64,000 nt of DNA. Source: a virus. Of this stretch, positions 9,879 through 20,352 are shown piece after piece. Below the pieces are notes generated by a model, which did no database searches, was not told the origin of the DNA, and saw only the letters and a program-made list of their open reading frames with translations. Position 1 is the stretch's first letter; each line of letters begins with the position of its first letter. The stretch covers positions 32,001-96,000 of IMG/VR virus record IMGVR_UViG_3300025073_000027; one strand, 5' to 3'. A program made the translations under genes and the position numbers.

Positions 9879-10877
9879 ATGGTTGATATTGAAAGTAATG
9901 AACCATTGAAAAAAGGTGTTCGTAGTCGTAGGAAAACAAGTACTAATTTTGAGATTGATCCAAAATCAACTGCGAATGAATTAAAGTCTTGGATATGTCG
10001 TAAGTGTTTACGAAGACGACCTTTGAGAGATTATTATTCTACGGGTGATCCAGAGTGGGATACAACAGGTCATGTTAGTATTTGTCGTTTTTGTGTAGAT
10101 GATGCATTTGAACGATATTATGTTTCTGAAAATAGTTTTGAAAAAACAATTTTGCGTCTTTGTAAAGTTTTAAATTTTAAATTTGATAGTGGAGCAATAG
10201 AAGCAACAAAAAAACAGATTGAAACATCTGAGGCTAAAGGTAAACCCATAAAAGGTATTTTTGGTATTTATAGGAAAAGTTTAAATACCGGTGGTTTTGG
10301 TGGTTATAGGGGAGATGGGGATTTGAGTTATCAAGGAAGCGCAGATTTTGTTCCAACGAATGCATTGCGTGAAACTATTGAATCTCCTGAGGATATTGAA
10401 TATTTTGAAAAATCTTGGGGGCAAGGATTTGAAATTTCCGATTATGCTTTTCTTGAAGAATCTTATGCTAAATGGACTAGAACTACAGAAGTAGATAATT
10501 ATGGGGTAGAAATACTTCTCAGAGAACTATGTCATAAAGAAAACGAAATAAGAAAAGCTAGATTAGAGGGTAGTTCTGTAGATGGCTTAGTGAAAAGTCT
10601 TCAAGAAATTATGAAAAATTCGGCATTGACACCAGCATTACAAAATGCCGCTTCTAATGGTAGAAGCATAGATTGTTTAGGTGTTTGGATAAAAGATTTA
10701 GAAGTTCTATCTCCTGCTGAATGGTGGGAAGATCAACAAAAATATAGAGATATGGATGGAATTACTGAAGATATAGATGATATTAAGCGCAGCATGAAAA
10801 ATTTTGCAACTGGATCTAGAGATTACAACATTAATGATTTAGAAGAAATTAATAATCTTGAAAATGATGAAGATTGA
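9879..10877 (+). CDS. putative terminase small subunit (Zn-binding)
   Basis: Directly upstream of TerL; CRKC...CRFC; position-based call. Confidence 0.5.
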   Translation: MVDIESNEPLKKGVRSRRKTSTNFEIDPKSTANELKSWICRKCLRRRPLRDYYSTGDPEWDTTGHVSICRFCVDDAFERYYVSENSFEKTILRLCKVLNFKFDSGAIEATKKQIETSEAKGKPIKGIFGIYRKSLNTGGFGGYRGDGDLSYQGSADFVPTNALRETIESPEDIEYFEKSWGQGFEISDYAFLEESYAKWTRTTEVDNYGVEILLRELCHKENEIRKARLEGSSVDGLVKSLQEIMKNSALTPALQNAASNGRSIDCLGVWIKDLEVLSPAEWWEDQQKYRDMDGITEDIDDIKRSMKNFATGSRDYNINDLEEINNLENDED

Positions 10878-10896
10878 GTAAGAATAGAGGTTAAAA

Positions 10897-12720
10897 GTGC
10901 CAAGCTATAATAATTTTAGAAATGATTATAAGAGAAGTGTTGAAGGGGCGAATCAATTCAAAAATCCCAAAGTAATGATAAAACAAAGTGACATAAGCGA
11001 AGAACGAAAAAAAAGATTAGTTGATTGGATCACTTTCTATAGGCGCAACGTTCATAGATTTGTGGAACATTATTTTGGTATTAAATTATATCCATATCAA
11101 ATAATATGGTTATATATGATGAGTGTTAGTGATTCGTTTGTAGCTATATGTAGTCGTGCCGTTGGAAAAACATGGCTTCTTGGTGTTATGGCTTGCGCTA
11201 GAGCAGTTTTATATCCTAATTCTGAAATTGTAGTTGTAAGTTCAACTAAAGAACAGGCTGGAATTCTTGTATCAGATAAAATTACCAGTCTTCGTAATGA
11301 TTATCCGAATCTTGCTCGCGAAATATCAAATATAGTTACTAATATGAATAAATGGCAAGTTGATTTTCATAATGGATCAGTGATACGAATTGTGGCTTCA
11401 AGAGATTCAAGTAGAGGTAAAAGGTCTACTTTCACCATTTACGAAGAATTTCGTTTAATTGATAAACTGGTTCTTGATTCGGTGATTAGACCATTTGCTT
11501 ATATTAGGCAAGTTCCATATTTAAAAAAAGAAGAATATAAAAATTATGTCGTATTAATTGAAGAACCGAAAGAGGTTTTTATTTCTTCTGCTTATCATAA
11601 GGGTTTGTGGTGGTTTGAAGAAACCAAGAAGAATATTAAATCGATGATTAAAGGTGAAAATTCTGGTTTTATTGCAATGGATTTTCAAGTTGCTATTCGT
11701 CATCGCATAAAAACGCTTAGACAAATTAAAAATGAAATATCTAAGATGGATGAGATTACTGCCCTTGAGGAATATTATAACATTCCTTGGGGTGAAAGTT
11801 CTGACGCTTATTTTAGATTGAAAATGTTTGAAAGAGCGAGAACAATTAAAAAGGCGTTTTATCCTCAAAGGATGGAAACATATAATCCTAAAAAGAATCC
11901 TTATGGAATTCTTAAGTTGCCGGGGGAATTGAGAGTTGTTACTTGTGATACCGCTCAAAGGGCAGGACGAGCAAACGATTTAAGTATTACTGCTTGTTTA
12001 CGACTTCTTCCCACACATAAGGGATTTTTTCGTGAATTGGTATACATGGAATCATTTTCGGGAGTAGACTCGATAACTCAATCATTGAGAATGAAACAAG
12101 TATATTTTGACTTTGATGCAGATGCTTTAGTTTTAGATGTTGCTGCTGGTGGCGGCGGTCTTCCTATTTATGATCAACTTGGTATTTTAACTAAAGACGC
12201 TGAACGCGGTATTGAATATCCTCCCATGACAATTATTAATCACTCTAGCATAGATAATTCTGAATATGAAGAATTGTTGAAAAGAACTTTGGGTGTAGAT
12301 GCAAAACCAGTTATATATCCGATATCAGCTAACGCTAAATTGAATTCTCTATTGGCAGTAGAAATGAGAGATAAATTACAAAAGAGAATGTTTGGGCTTT
12401 TAGTTGATGAAGTAGTTGCTGAGGATTATTTGATAAGAAATAATAAAGAGTTTATGAAAATTGATGATATAAACGCTAAAAGTTTTTTTACTATGCCCCA
12501 TGTTCAGGTAAGCCTTTTTATAAATGAATGTGTTGGACTTTCGATGTCCATGCTATCGGGCAATCTTCGATTAGTGGAACCTCCTGGTTCAAGAAAAGAT
12601 AGATATGTGGCTATTGCAATGGGGAACTACTATGCATCTTTGTTGGATCAAGAATTGTTAAGAATAAATAGTGATACGACAGATCTTGAGGCATTAATGT
12701 CGGTTACTTTTATAAATTAG
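10897..12720 (+). CDS. terL: terminase large subunit
   Basis: LYPYQ, Walker A SRAVGKT, Walker B TIYEEF, ISSA, nuclease VTCD and KDRY. Confidence 0.9.
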   Translation: MPSYNNFRNDYKRSVEGANQFKNPKVMIKQSDISEERKKRLVDWITFYRRNVHRFVEHYFGIKLYPYQIIWLYMMSVSDSFVAICSRAVGKTWLLGVMACARAVLYPNSEIVVVSSTKEQAGILVSDKITSLRNDYPNLAREISNIVTNMNKWQVDFHNGSVIRIVASRDSSRGKRSTFTIYEEFRLIDKLVLDSVIRPFAYIRQVPYLKKEEYKNYVVLIEEPKEVFISSAYHKGLWWFEETKKNIKSMIKGENSGFIAMDFQVAIRHRIKTLRQIKNEISKMDEITALEEYYNIPWGESSDAYFRLKMFERARTIKKAFYPQRMETYNPKKNPYGILKLPGELRVVTCDTAQRAGRANDLSITACLRLLPTHKGFFRELVYMESFSGVDSITQSLRMKQVYFDFDADALVLDVAAGGGGLPIYDQLGILTKDAERGIEYPPMTIINHSSIDNSEYEELLKRTLGVDAKPVIYPISANAKLNSLLAVEMRDKLQKRMFGLLVDEVVAEDYLIRNNKEFMKIDDINAKSFFTMPHVQVSLFINECVGLSMSMLSGNLRLVEPPGSRKDRYVAIAMGNYYASLLDQELLRINSDTTDLEALMSVTFIN

Positions 12721-12752
12721 TAAGTATTTATTAGTAATAAATAATAATTGAT

Positions 12753-12873
12753 TAGATGGCGACAAGAATAGCTAACTTGTTGAAAAGGGGATTCTCTTCC
12801 TAATCCCCTCCATTTGTTTTTTTAATTTGAGGAAGAATAATTGATAAGAAATATAAAAGGAAGAATGAAATAA
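12753..12873 (+). promoter_or_regulatory. endonuclease-leader RNA element A (3-stem junction, loop complementary to the SD)
   Basis: P1 12753-59/12810-16; P2 CGACAAG/CTTGTTG; AAAA; P3 GGGGATT/AATCCCC; loop CTCTTCCT matches AGGAAGA at 12830-36 and 12858-64. Confidence 0.65.
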
Positions 12874-14247
12874 ATGACTAGTGGAATAAGATATACAGAA
12901 GAACAAGTTATTGATATGATTGAAAATTTTGGTTGTAAATTAGAGAGTTCATATTTGGGAGCAAGAAAAGATGTAACAATAATTTGTGTTTGTGGAAGAA
13001 GATTTACAACTAAATTCTATCGGTTTATAGATAAAAATAATACTCATAGATGCTCAACTTGCGCTAAAAAAATTGCTGCCAAAAAATTAAGGAGTGATTT
13101 TGATGAATTAGTTAGAAATTGTGAAAGTATTGGTTATTTTTATATAGAGGGTGAATATACAACTCGAAATTCACAATTGATATTTGAAGATAGTGAAGGA
13201 TATAAATATAGAGTATCTTATGCTTCAATTTATCATATTTTACAAGGTAAAGTGAAACGTTTGGAAATGTTTAGTTATAATAATCCTTTTACTTTTGAAA
13301 ATATGAAAAATTGGTTAAAGATAAATAAAAACGATTTTGAAATATTGGGTGGTCATTATACAACAAGGAATTCGACATTAATTTCTTATTGTAAAATTTG
13401 CTATAATGAATTTAATTCAAGTTGGATTAATTTAAAAAGTAGAAAATTTTGTCCAGAATGTGAAATAATGGCAATGTCAGATAGATTTAGGTTTAGTGTT
13501 GATAAAGTTAATGAAATTTTAAAAAACGCCGGATATTATTTGGTAAATGGAAATTATGAGGGTTGGGATTCTAAAATGAATCTCGTAGATGATTTTGGTT
13601 ATGAATATTTTTCTTCTATAAATTGTATAATCAAAGGTAGGCTTTCTACTTTTGGAAAAGGAAATCCTTATACCGTTAGTAATATTTGTAAATGGATAGA
13701 AATAAACGAAAAAAATTATAAGTATGTAAAAGGTAAATACATTAATGCGAGAAAGAGAAATTTAATTTTTAATTGTAATAAATGTAAAAACGATTGGAAA
13801 ACTTGTTGGAATGCGATTGAAACTGGTAATTCTTGTCCTAGATGTGGAAATTATTCAAAAGGTGAAACTCGAATAGAAAAATTTTTGTTGAATAATAATA
13901 TTTCTTATGAGAGAGAATATTGGTTTCCTGATTGCAGAAGGTTAATACGTAAACCGTTGGAATTTGATTTTGCAATATTTGATAAAAATAAAAAAATTAT
14001 GATGATCTGCGAATATGATGGTGAGTCCCATTTTATGCCTGTGGATTATGCTGGTAGGGGAGAAGAATGGGCTAAAGAGCAATTAGAGTTATCAAAAGTA
14101 AAAGATGAAATCAAAAATAAATATTGTAAAAATAAGGGTTATAGTTTACTTAGAATCCCTTATTGGGATTTTGATAATATTGAAAAAATACTTGAAGAGG
14201 CATTAAAACCAATTCCATGCCTTAACTTTCAAGGAAAGGAGGTTTAA
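12874..14247 (+). CDS. free-standing homing-endonuclease-like protein (Zn-ribbon repeats plus C-terminal PD-(D/E)XK/Vsr-like nuclease)
   Basis: Repeated CxxC modules; SKGE..I...L, FDFAI, EYDGESH, LLRIPYW; inserted between terL and portal. Confidence 0.75.
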   Translation: MTSGIRYTEEQVIDMIENFGCKLESSYLGARKDVTIICVCGRRFTTKFYRFIDKNNTHRCSTCAKKIAAKKLRSDFDELVRNCESIGYFYIEGEYTTRNSQLIFEDSEGYKYRVSYASIYHILQGKVKRLEMFSYNNPFTFENMKNWLKINKNDFEILGGHYTTRNSTLISYCKICYNEFNSSWINLKSRKFCPECEIMAMSDRFRFSVDKVNEILKNAGYYLVNGNYEGWDSKMNLVDDFGYEYFSSINCIIKGRLSTFGKGNPYTVSNICKWIEINEKNYKYVKGKYINARKRNLIFNCNKCKNDWKTCWNAIETGNSCPRCGNYSKGETRIEKFLLNNNISYEREYWFPDCRRLIRKPLEFDFAIFDKNKKIMMICEYDGESHFMPVDYAGRGEEWAKEQLELSKVKDEIKNKYCKNKGYSLLRIPYWDFDNIEKILEEALKPIPCLNFQGKEV

Positions 14248-15860
14248 TGGCTCCAAGAAAAAAGAAAATTGAAACAGAAATAATTACTTCGGAAAATGAA
14301 GAAATTCTTCTTGATAAAGGAACTGTGTGGGATGTTTTAACTTTTGCAAGAAATTTAGTTGGGGGAATGTATCCCGGTTTAATTACGCCAGATTTGATTA
14401 ATGCTCGTATGAAGGATGTTTCTTATTCTCCTCTCGCTGCCACGAGTGATAGTTTAAATCGCGCATTAGCTAATCCAAAAGAATCAGAAGAATCGCTTCG
14501 GAGTTTTATTGAAAATTTTGAAATAGTTTCGATGCCATTTAAGCGAATTTTATCTTATATGTCATCACATTTATCGATGGATCTTCAATATACTGTTACT
14601 AATCCAAAAGTTGATTATAAAAGTACAAAATTTAAAACAGATCAAAGTTCGGTATATGGTTTTTTTGATAAATTTGATCATAAATATTATTTTCGCAATG
14701 CAATCAAACAAATGCTTCGTAATGAATTGTATTTTGCTTCAGTAAGAGATGAAGGAAATAAAATAGTATTACAAGAATTACCATTGCAATTTTGTAAAGT
14801 GACTGCTCGATGGGATTACGGACTCTTGGCATCGTTCAATTTTTATTATTTTTTAATGCCTGGAATAGATATTGATTTATTTCATCCATTTTTTAAAAAG
14901 AAATTTAATGAAATACATAATGGAAGAAATAGAGAATATAACCCTTCCTTGCCCGTAGAATTACGTGGTAACTCACAAGATTACTATTGGGTAGATTTGC
15001 CGCCTGATGTTTGTTGGGTTTTTAAACTTGATACATCTTTAATTACGGCTGTTCCTTATTTTACTGGAATGATGCCTCTTTTGGTGGATGAAGGAATCAT
15101 GAGGGGGCTTCAAAAAGACATAAACATGGCAAGTGCTTCAAAAATGCTATTTGGAGAAGTCCCATTATTGAAGGATACTAAAGCCAGCGTCAAAGACATG
15201 ATTGCGATTGATCCTCAAACACTTGGACAGTTTTTAAGTCTTGTAAAATCGAGTTTAGGGAATGCGGTGAAATTGGGATCTGCACCTTTGCAAAATATGA
15301 CTGCGATATCATTTGATGGCAATGATGAACTTTTGGATAAATGGACTCGAACCATGATGAGTAATTCAGGAATGGATACATCTTTGTTGTATTCTTCTCA
15401 AGTAAAAGCTAATCTTATTGATTCACAATTGAGTTTTGAAAGTGATAGTAAGATAGTAGAACAACAACTTTATCCTCAAATGGCATTGTTTCTTGATTAT
15501 TGGGCAAATAAGAATCTTAAACATTATAAATATGTGTTTCGATTAGAAGGTAATGATTATTATCTTAATCGTCAACAAAGATTTGATCGAGCTATTCAAT
15601 TGGCTGGTTTAGGAATGGTAATGCCTCAATTGTTTTCATCATCGTTGGGTTTAAAACCGCAAGAATTTTATCGAATGCTGGAAGAATCAAAGGCGTTAGA
15701 ATTTGTAGATAAACTAACTCCCATTATACCGGGTTCTCAATTGTCTGGTAAAGAAAATGGACAAGGCAGGCCTCAAAAAAGTGACGATGAATTGGGGGAC
15801 TCTGGCGCACAAACTAGAGAAACGGGGGGGAATATTGCTTCGAAAGGTGGAAAAATATAA
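14247..15860 (+). CDS. portal protein
   Basis: 537 aa, follows terL; acidic/Gly C-terminal tail with GRP; synteny with SPbeta yonE. Confidence 0.75.
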   Translation: MAPRKKKIETEIITSENEEILLDKGTVWDVLTFARNLVGGMYPGLITPDLINARMKDVSYSPLAATSDSLNRALANPKESEESLRSFIENFEIVSMPFKRILSYMSSHLSMDLQYTVTNPKVDYKSTKFKTDQSSVYGFFDKFDHKYYFRNAIKQMLRNELYFASVRDEGNKIVLQELPLQFCKVTARWDYGLLASFNFYYFLMPGIDIDLFHPFFKKKFNEIHNGRNREYNPSLPVELRGNSQDYYWVDLPPDVCWVFKLDTSLITAVPYFTGMMPLLVDEGIMRGLQKDINMASASKMLFGEVPLLKDTKASVKDMIAIDPQTLGQFLSLVKSSLGNAVKLGSAPLQNMTAISFDGNDELLDKWTRTMMSNSGMDTSLLYSSQVKANLIDSQLSFESDSKIVEQQLYPQMALFLDYWANKNLKHYKYVFRLEGNDYYLNRQQRFDRAIQLAGLGMVMPQLFSSSLGLKPQEFYRMLEESKALEFVDKLTPIIPGSQLSGKENGQGRPQKSDDELGDSGAQTRETGGNIASKGGKI

Positions 15861-15871
15861 GGACATTTCTT

Positions 15872-15976
15872 ATGAAACTTACTCCTATGGATTGGTTAAA
15901 TAGACGTAAAGCGAAGAAAGAAGTTCCAAAAGAAATTCCGAAACAAAGTAATAAAGAGAAAAATAAAAATAAGTAA
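15872..15976 (+). CDS. possible 34-aa basic peptide (not in ORF track)
   Basis: AAGGA SD; MKLTPMDWLNRRKAKKEVPKEIPKQSNKEKNKNK; its stop abuts an ATAAAA-N6-TTTTAT site. Confidence 0.4.
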   Translation: MKLTPMDWLNRRKAKKEVPKEIPKQSNKEKNKNK

Positions 15977-15993
15977 TAAAAGACAAATTTTAT
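15976..15993. repeat. ATAAAA-N6-TTTTAT palindrome (spacer GACAAA)
   Basis: Exact copy. Confidence 0.7.
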
Positions 15994-16087
15994 TTGTTTT
16001 ATAAATAACAATAAATTTATAGATAACGGTATTGAAAGATGCTGGCCTCGTCTATAAAACTATAAAAAATAATGGAGGAAAAATTTC

Positions 16088-16414
16088 ATGGCTATTTCGA
16101 GTACAAACGTTACAAGATTGAACAAGATGAATCGTGCTGCTAAAGATGCATTGCTTGGAACTCGTTTACAACTATGTGGTGTAATTTCTGGTTCTGTTGG
16201 TGTTTCTACGGCACAGCAAACCGGAAGTGCGGTGACTGTTTATGATGCTCTTGCGACTCAAGGTGGTTATTTGTTTAGTATAAGCACCAATGGGAGTCCT
16301 TTAGACTTGGTGGCTGGATTTAGGGCTGCTCGTTCTGGTGGAAGTCTTACTATCGTTCCCCATGCATCAGGCAGTTACACGGTGGGAGATGCGGTAAATT
16401 ATATAATCTGGTAA
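16088..16414 (+). CDS. putative head decoration / structural protein
   Basis: GGAGG SD; Gly/Ser/Ala-rich beta protein in the head cluster. Confidence 0.55.
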   Translation: MAISSTNVTRLNKMNRAAKDALLGTRLQLCGVISGSVGVSTAQQTGSAVTVYDALATQGGYLFSISTNGSPLDLVAGFRAARSGGSLTIVPHASGSYTVGDAVNYIIW

Positions 16415-16471
16415 TATTAGATAGTATTTATCATAATATTAATCTTATAATTTAATAAGGAGTAAAAAAAT

Positions 16472-16672
16472 TTGTATATAATTTCTCCTACTCAAGATCA
16501 AATAGATGAATGGTTTTGTTGCAAGAAAAAGGTTGCTGAATTTTTAGTTAATGAATGCAAAATGCCACTTATACATAAAAATGAAAATAAATATTATTTT
16601 GCTATTACTAAAAAATTAAATGAGGCACTTGATAAAGTTCCATTATGGATGAAATTCTTAGAATTGCTTTGA
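16472..16672 (+). CDS. small hypothetical protein
   Basis: AAGGAG SD, TTG start. Confidence 0.6.
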   Translation: MYIISPTQDQIDEWFCCKKKVAEFLVNECKMPLIHKNENKYYFAITKKLNEALDKVPLWMKFLELL

Positions 16673-16735
16673 GTTATAAAATATTTGTAGAGAAAGAGAA
16701 ACACTTCCTTTCTCTTGAAAGGAGGTATATATTGG

Positions 16736-18421
16736 GTGAATAAAACTGATATAAATAAAAATATACTTAGTTTTGCTGTTGAAAATATTAGTTTATTAAA
16801 AGATGAAGAAAAATCCCAATTCGCTGAGTTACAAGTTGATGCTTTTGCAACCGGAAAATCTTTACATGATACATATGTATCAGAAGAAACGTTAAGAAAA
16901 ACTGCTCATACAATTTTACATAAACCATTTGTTTTTGCTGTTGATACTAGATTCGATGACATTTCAGGCCATCATAAGAAGGAGATACCAGGCGGCTTTG
17001 TCCCTGCCAATAGCCCTCTAGTATTTAAAACACTAGAAGATGGTCGCATTATGCTATCTTGTCATGTCCTTGTTTGGCGTAGATATAGTGGTAAATTATT
17101 GGAATATTTTGTTCGAGATGGAAATCGAAAAGGTGTTTCGGTTGAAATAGAAATTTATGAACAAGAAAAACGTTCAGATGGTTTAACTGAAATTTTAGAC
17201 TTCTGCTATTTTGCAATAACGGCATTGGGTGATTTGATTCGAAGTGCTATACCAAATGCTCAAGCAATTTTACAGTTTTCTCAGGAATATGAGAAAGCAG
17301 TAGAAGAACTTGAATTTGGTCGTTATGACGAAGTTGATTTAAAGATACCACGAAAAGTTAAAAAGAATGCTGAAAAAGCGTTGGAACTTTATAAACAACT
17401 TGGCAAAGGTGGCAATTCACAATCACTTGCTAATGCTAGATATTTGATTTCTAATAATGTAATTGAACCAAATAGAGTACGTAAAATAGCAACACGTAAA
17501 CCCAAAAACATTGAAATAGATGATGAAACAAGTAATGATTATATTTCTAATGGTCTTTGGGGTGGAATTGAAGGTTGGATGTGGGCAAATAAAATTGTTG
17601 ATAAATTAAATGATGTAGATGATAAAACAATGTCTTACTTTGATGATAATGGGGAAAATAAAATTGAAAAAGTAGGCGATCCTGAAAGTAAGGAGGTAGT
17701 TTCTGTGACAGATGAAGAAAAATTAAAACAAGAATTTTCTGAGGATGAAGATCCGAAAGAAGATGAAAAGCAAGAAAAGAAAGAAGTTGAAAAACTTTCT
17801 GAAGAGGAAGAAAAACAACCTACTGAAGACGAAAAGGGAGAAGAAGAGGAAAAAGAAGAGAAAGAAGAAAAAGAGGAAAAGAAAGAATATTCTCTTGATG
17901 CTAATTTTATTGCTGATGCTTTGGAATTTCTTAAATCTGAAACTGATGAATATCAAGTTTTAGTTACTGAATTTTCTGAAGAAGGTGGTAAAAATTTTGC
18001 TACTCTTGCTTATGCTTTGTTCGCTAAAGCGAAAGAAGTTCAAGAGATGTGCAATAAATATGCTGCTGAAAAGTCTGAAATGGAAGAAGGATGCAAGGCA
18101 CATATGGCAGAAAATGAGGAATTGAAGAAATATAAGGCTGAAAAAGAGCAAGAGCAATTTACTTTTGCTGTTGATGCTGTTTTGAAGCATATTGAAGAAA
18201 AAGCCGAAATTCCTGCTGATGAATTAGAAAATTTGAGGGAAAAATCAAATGAATATAGTTTAGAGACTTTTGATGCTTGGTCGAATATGGCTAAGGCCAG
18301 GGGTTTAGATTTTGCTGCTAAAGATAAGAAAGAAGATAGTAATGGTATTGTACGAATTGGTTTACCGAATATGCCATTTACTAAAGTGAAAGTAAGTAAT
18401 TCCCCTTGGGAACGTCAATAA
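16736..18421 (+). CDS. prohead protease-scaffold fusion
   Basis: In-frame GTG at 16736 after AAGGAGGT; KGVSVEI protease-like motif; acidic coiled-coil C-terminal half; precedes capsid genes. Confidence 0.7.
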   Translation: MNKTDINKNILSFAVENISLLKDEEKSQFAELQVDAFATGKSLHDTYVSEETLRKTAHTILHKPFVFAVDTRFDDISGHHKKEIPGGFVPANSPLVFKTLEDGRIMLSCHVLVWRRYSGKLLEYFVRDGNRKGVSVEIEIYEQEKRSDGLTEILDFCYFAITALGDLIRSAIPNAQAILQFSQEYEKAVEELEFGRYDEVDLKIPRKVKKNAEKALELYKQLGKGGNSQSLANARYLISNNVIEPNRVRKIATRKPKNIEIDDETSNDYISNGLWGGIEGWMWANKIVDKLNDVDDKTMSYFDDNGENKIEKVGDPESKEVVSVTDEEKLKQEFSEDEDPKEDEKQEKKEVEKLSEEEEKQPTEDEKGEEEEKEEKEEKEEKKEYSLDANFIADALEFLKSETDEYQVLVTEFSEEGGKNFATLAYALFAKAKEVQEMCNKYAAEKSEMEEGCKAHMAENEELKKYKAEKEQEQFTFAVDAVLKHIEEKAEIPADELENLREKSNEYSLETFDAWSNMAKARGLDFAAKDKKEDSNGIVRIGLPNMPFTKVKVSNSPWERQ

Positions 18422-18469
18422 TATTTTATTTTAAAAATTTAGATAATTTATAGGAGGTAAATAATTACT

Positions 18470-19018
18470 ATGGCTTATGGTGTAGTGATCCCAAATAAAA
18501 TTGAAGCAACTAATCGAGAAGTTCTTAATCGAACTGTTGTAAGTGCTTCTGCAATTGAAAATGGAAGTGTTTTTGCTCTTGATAGTAAGTCTGCCGTTAG
18601 TGGTTATGGTGAAGTATGGACTGCCACTTGGCCCACAACTGGTTCATTAACTGGTGTGTGGATGGCTATGACCCCTGAGGTTGTAAATGTTGCTGCTGCT
18701 GATGGTACGGTTTATCGTGGTATTAATGCTGATCCTCGTAACTTTACTAATTCGGCTTCTGCAATTATTGATGCTGTGAAACTTCAGCCTGGAGACATTA
18801 TTACTTTATCCTCGGATGCGTTTACCGGTGCTTATGCTGCTGGTTCTACTCATGCTACTGCGGCTTTTCAGAATTGGCAGTTGCAGTGGAGGGCTTTTGA
18901 CCCTGGTGATGCTCTTACTTTGAAGTATCTTTCGACTACATATATTCCAATTGGTAGTGGTAGTGCTATTGGAGATACTCGTCTTGCTGCTTATAAGTGC
19001 GAAGTAATTCGGAATTAA
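18470..19018 (+). CDS. head decoration / minor capsid protein
   Basis: Between scaffold and major capsid; IENG and GDIITL motifs. Confidence 0.6.
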   Translation: MAYGVVIPNKIEATNREVLNRTVVSASAIENGSVFALDSKSAVSGYGEVWTATWPTTGSLTGVWMAMTPEVVNVAAADGTVYRGINADPRNFTNSASAIIDAVKLQPGDIITLSSDAFTGAYAAGSTHATAAFQNWQLQWRAFDPGDALTLKYLSTTYIPIGSGSAIGDTRLAAYKCEVIRN

Positions 19019-19109
19019 TTTTATAAATAGATAAATTAATTTTGAAATAATTAATAATTAAATTTGTGGTTTTTATAGTTAATAAAATAATAAGGAGGAT
19101 AATCTAAAT

Positions 19110-20222
19110 ATGATTCCTAGCAATGTTTTAAAATTCGCTACTAAAGATAATCTTGGTGTTTATGAGAAGTTTCAAGATTATTACAATCATTATCGGTCTA
19201 TAAATGAAAAGAAATCTTTTACTTTTTCTGAAAAAGACACCGAAGGGAATCCAATTACATTTGCGGAAAAAGAATTAATGATGAGTGCTGCATTGAAGCG
19301 TGAAATTATGCGCGTAGCAGGTATTCAGAATTTTGAACAATTTCCGTTAGAACAATGGGTTACAAATCCCATGTTAAATTGGGCGACTTTTGCAGTAATA
19401 AGCGGTCTTGTTGAAGTGGTTATTCCAGATGTAATTTTTGATAGTTTTGGTTTGTTTACTGATATCAAAAATATTGGGTGGGGTGATAGTGCATTATTTG
19501 AAGTTGAAAGCAATGGACTGTTTACTGTTTCTAAAGCTGGTCGCGCTCAAAGAACGACTGAAATGTATAAAGAGTTTAAGGGCAATGTTTCGATTGTTCC
19601 TGAGCCTCGTCAGTTGACTGTTGGTGTAAGTTTATATCGTGTACTTTCGGGTGCAGAAAGTCTTGCTCGTTTCGTTTCAAAACTAATTTTGTCTCTTGAA
19701 AGTCAGATGACTATTGATGTATATAATGCATTTGTTACTTTAATGAATGGTCTTCCTACGACTACTACTACGGGTTTACAGGTTTCTGGTTATTCTGAAA
19801 CAGATTTACGCAGAATTTGCGCTCAGATTGAAGCTTGGACTCGGACTAAACCAATGGTGGTTGGAACAAGTCTTGCTCTCGCGAATGTTCTTCCTTCAAC
19901 GGATGTGAATTATCGTTGGGATCTTGGAACAAGTGAATATTCTCGTTTAGGTTATATGCAGACTGCTTGGGGATACAATATGCTTGCTTTACCCAATATT
20001 GCAGATCATACAACTGAATGGGCAAGAGTTATTAGTGATTCTTATCTTTGGATTCTTGCTCCTGCTTCTGGTAAACTTTTGAAATTGGTTCTTGAAGGCG
20101 CTACTTTGTCGAATACTGATAGTGTATTTGAAAACGGTAACTTGCTTCAGAGGTCAACCATGATTAAGAGTTATGGAATTGGAGTTGTTACTAATTCCTT
20201 GGCTGGACTTATTGCTCTCTAA
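19110..20222 (+). CDS. major capsid protein
   Basis: 370 aa, strong SD, followed by a strong hairpin; synteny with SPbeta yonB. Confidence 0.75.
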   Translation: MIPSNVLKFATKDNLGVYEKFQDYYNHYRSINEKKSFTFSEKDTEGNPITFAEKELMMSAALKREIMRVAGIQNFEQFPLEQWVTNPMLNWATFAVISGLVEVVIPDVIFDSFGLFTDIKNIGWGDSALFEVESNGLFTVSKAGRAQRTTEMYKEFKGNVSIVPEPRQLTVGVSLYRVLSGAESLARFVSKLILSLESQMTIDVYNAFVTLMNGLPTTTTTGLQVSGYSETDLRRICAQIEAWTRTKPMVVGTSLALANVLPSTDVNYRWDLGTSEYSRLGYMQTAWGYNMLALPNIADHTTEWARVISDSYLWILAPASGKLLKLVLEGATLSNTDSVFENGNLLQRSTMIKSYGIGVVTNSLAGLIAL

Positions 20223-20256
20223 AGATAGAATTTTTATAATTTAATAGTTTTATTAG

Positions 20257-20298
20257 TTGTCATGCAGATAAGTATAAATCTACTTATCTGCATGATAA
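20257..20298 (+). terminator. strong hairpin after the capsid gene
   Basis: TTGTCATGCAGATAAGTA-taaatc-TACTTATCTGCATGATAA. Confidence 0.6.
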
Positions 20299-20352
20299 AT
20301 TAATTTTTATAAATAGATAATTATAGATAAATAGATAAAAGGAGATTTTATA

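Noticed and set aside
17740-17890. GAA/AAA-rich low-complexity tract
   Set aside because: Encodes the Glu/Lys-rich scaffold linker
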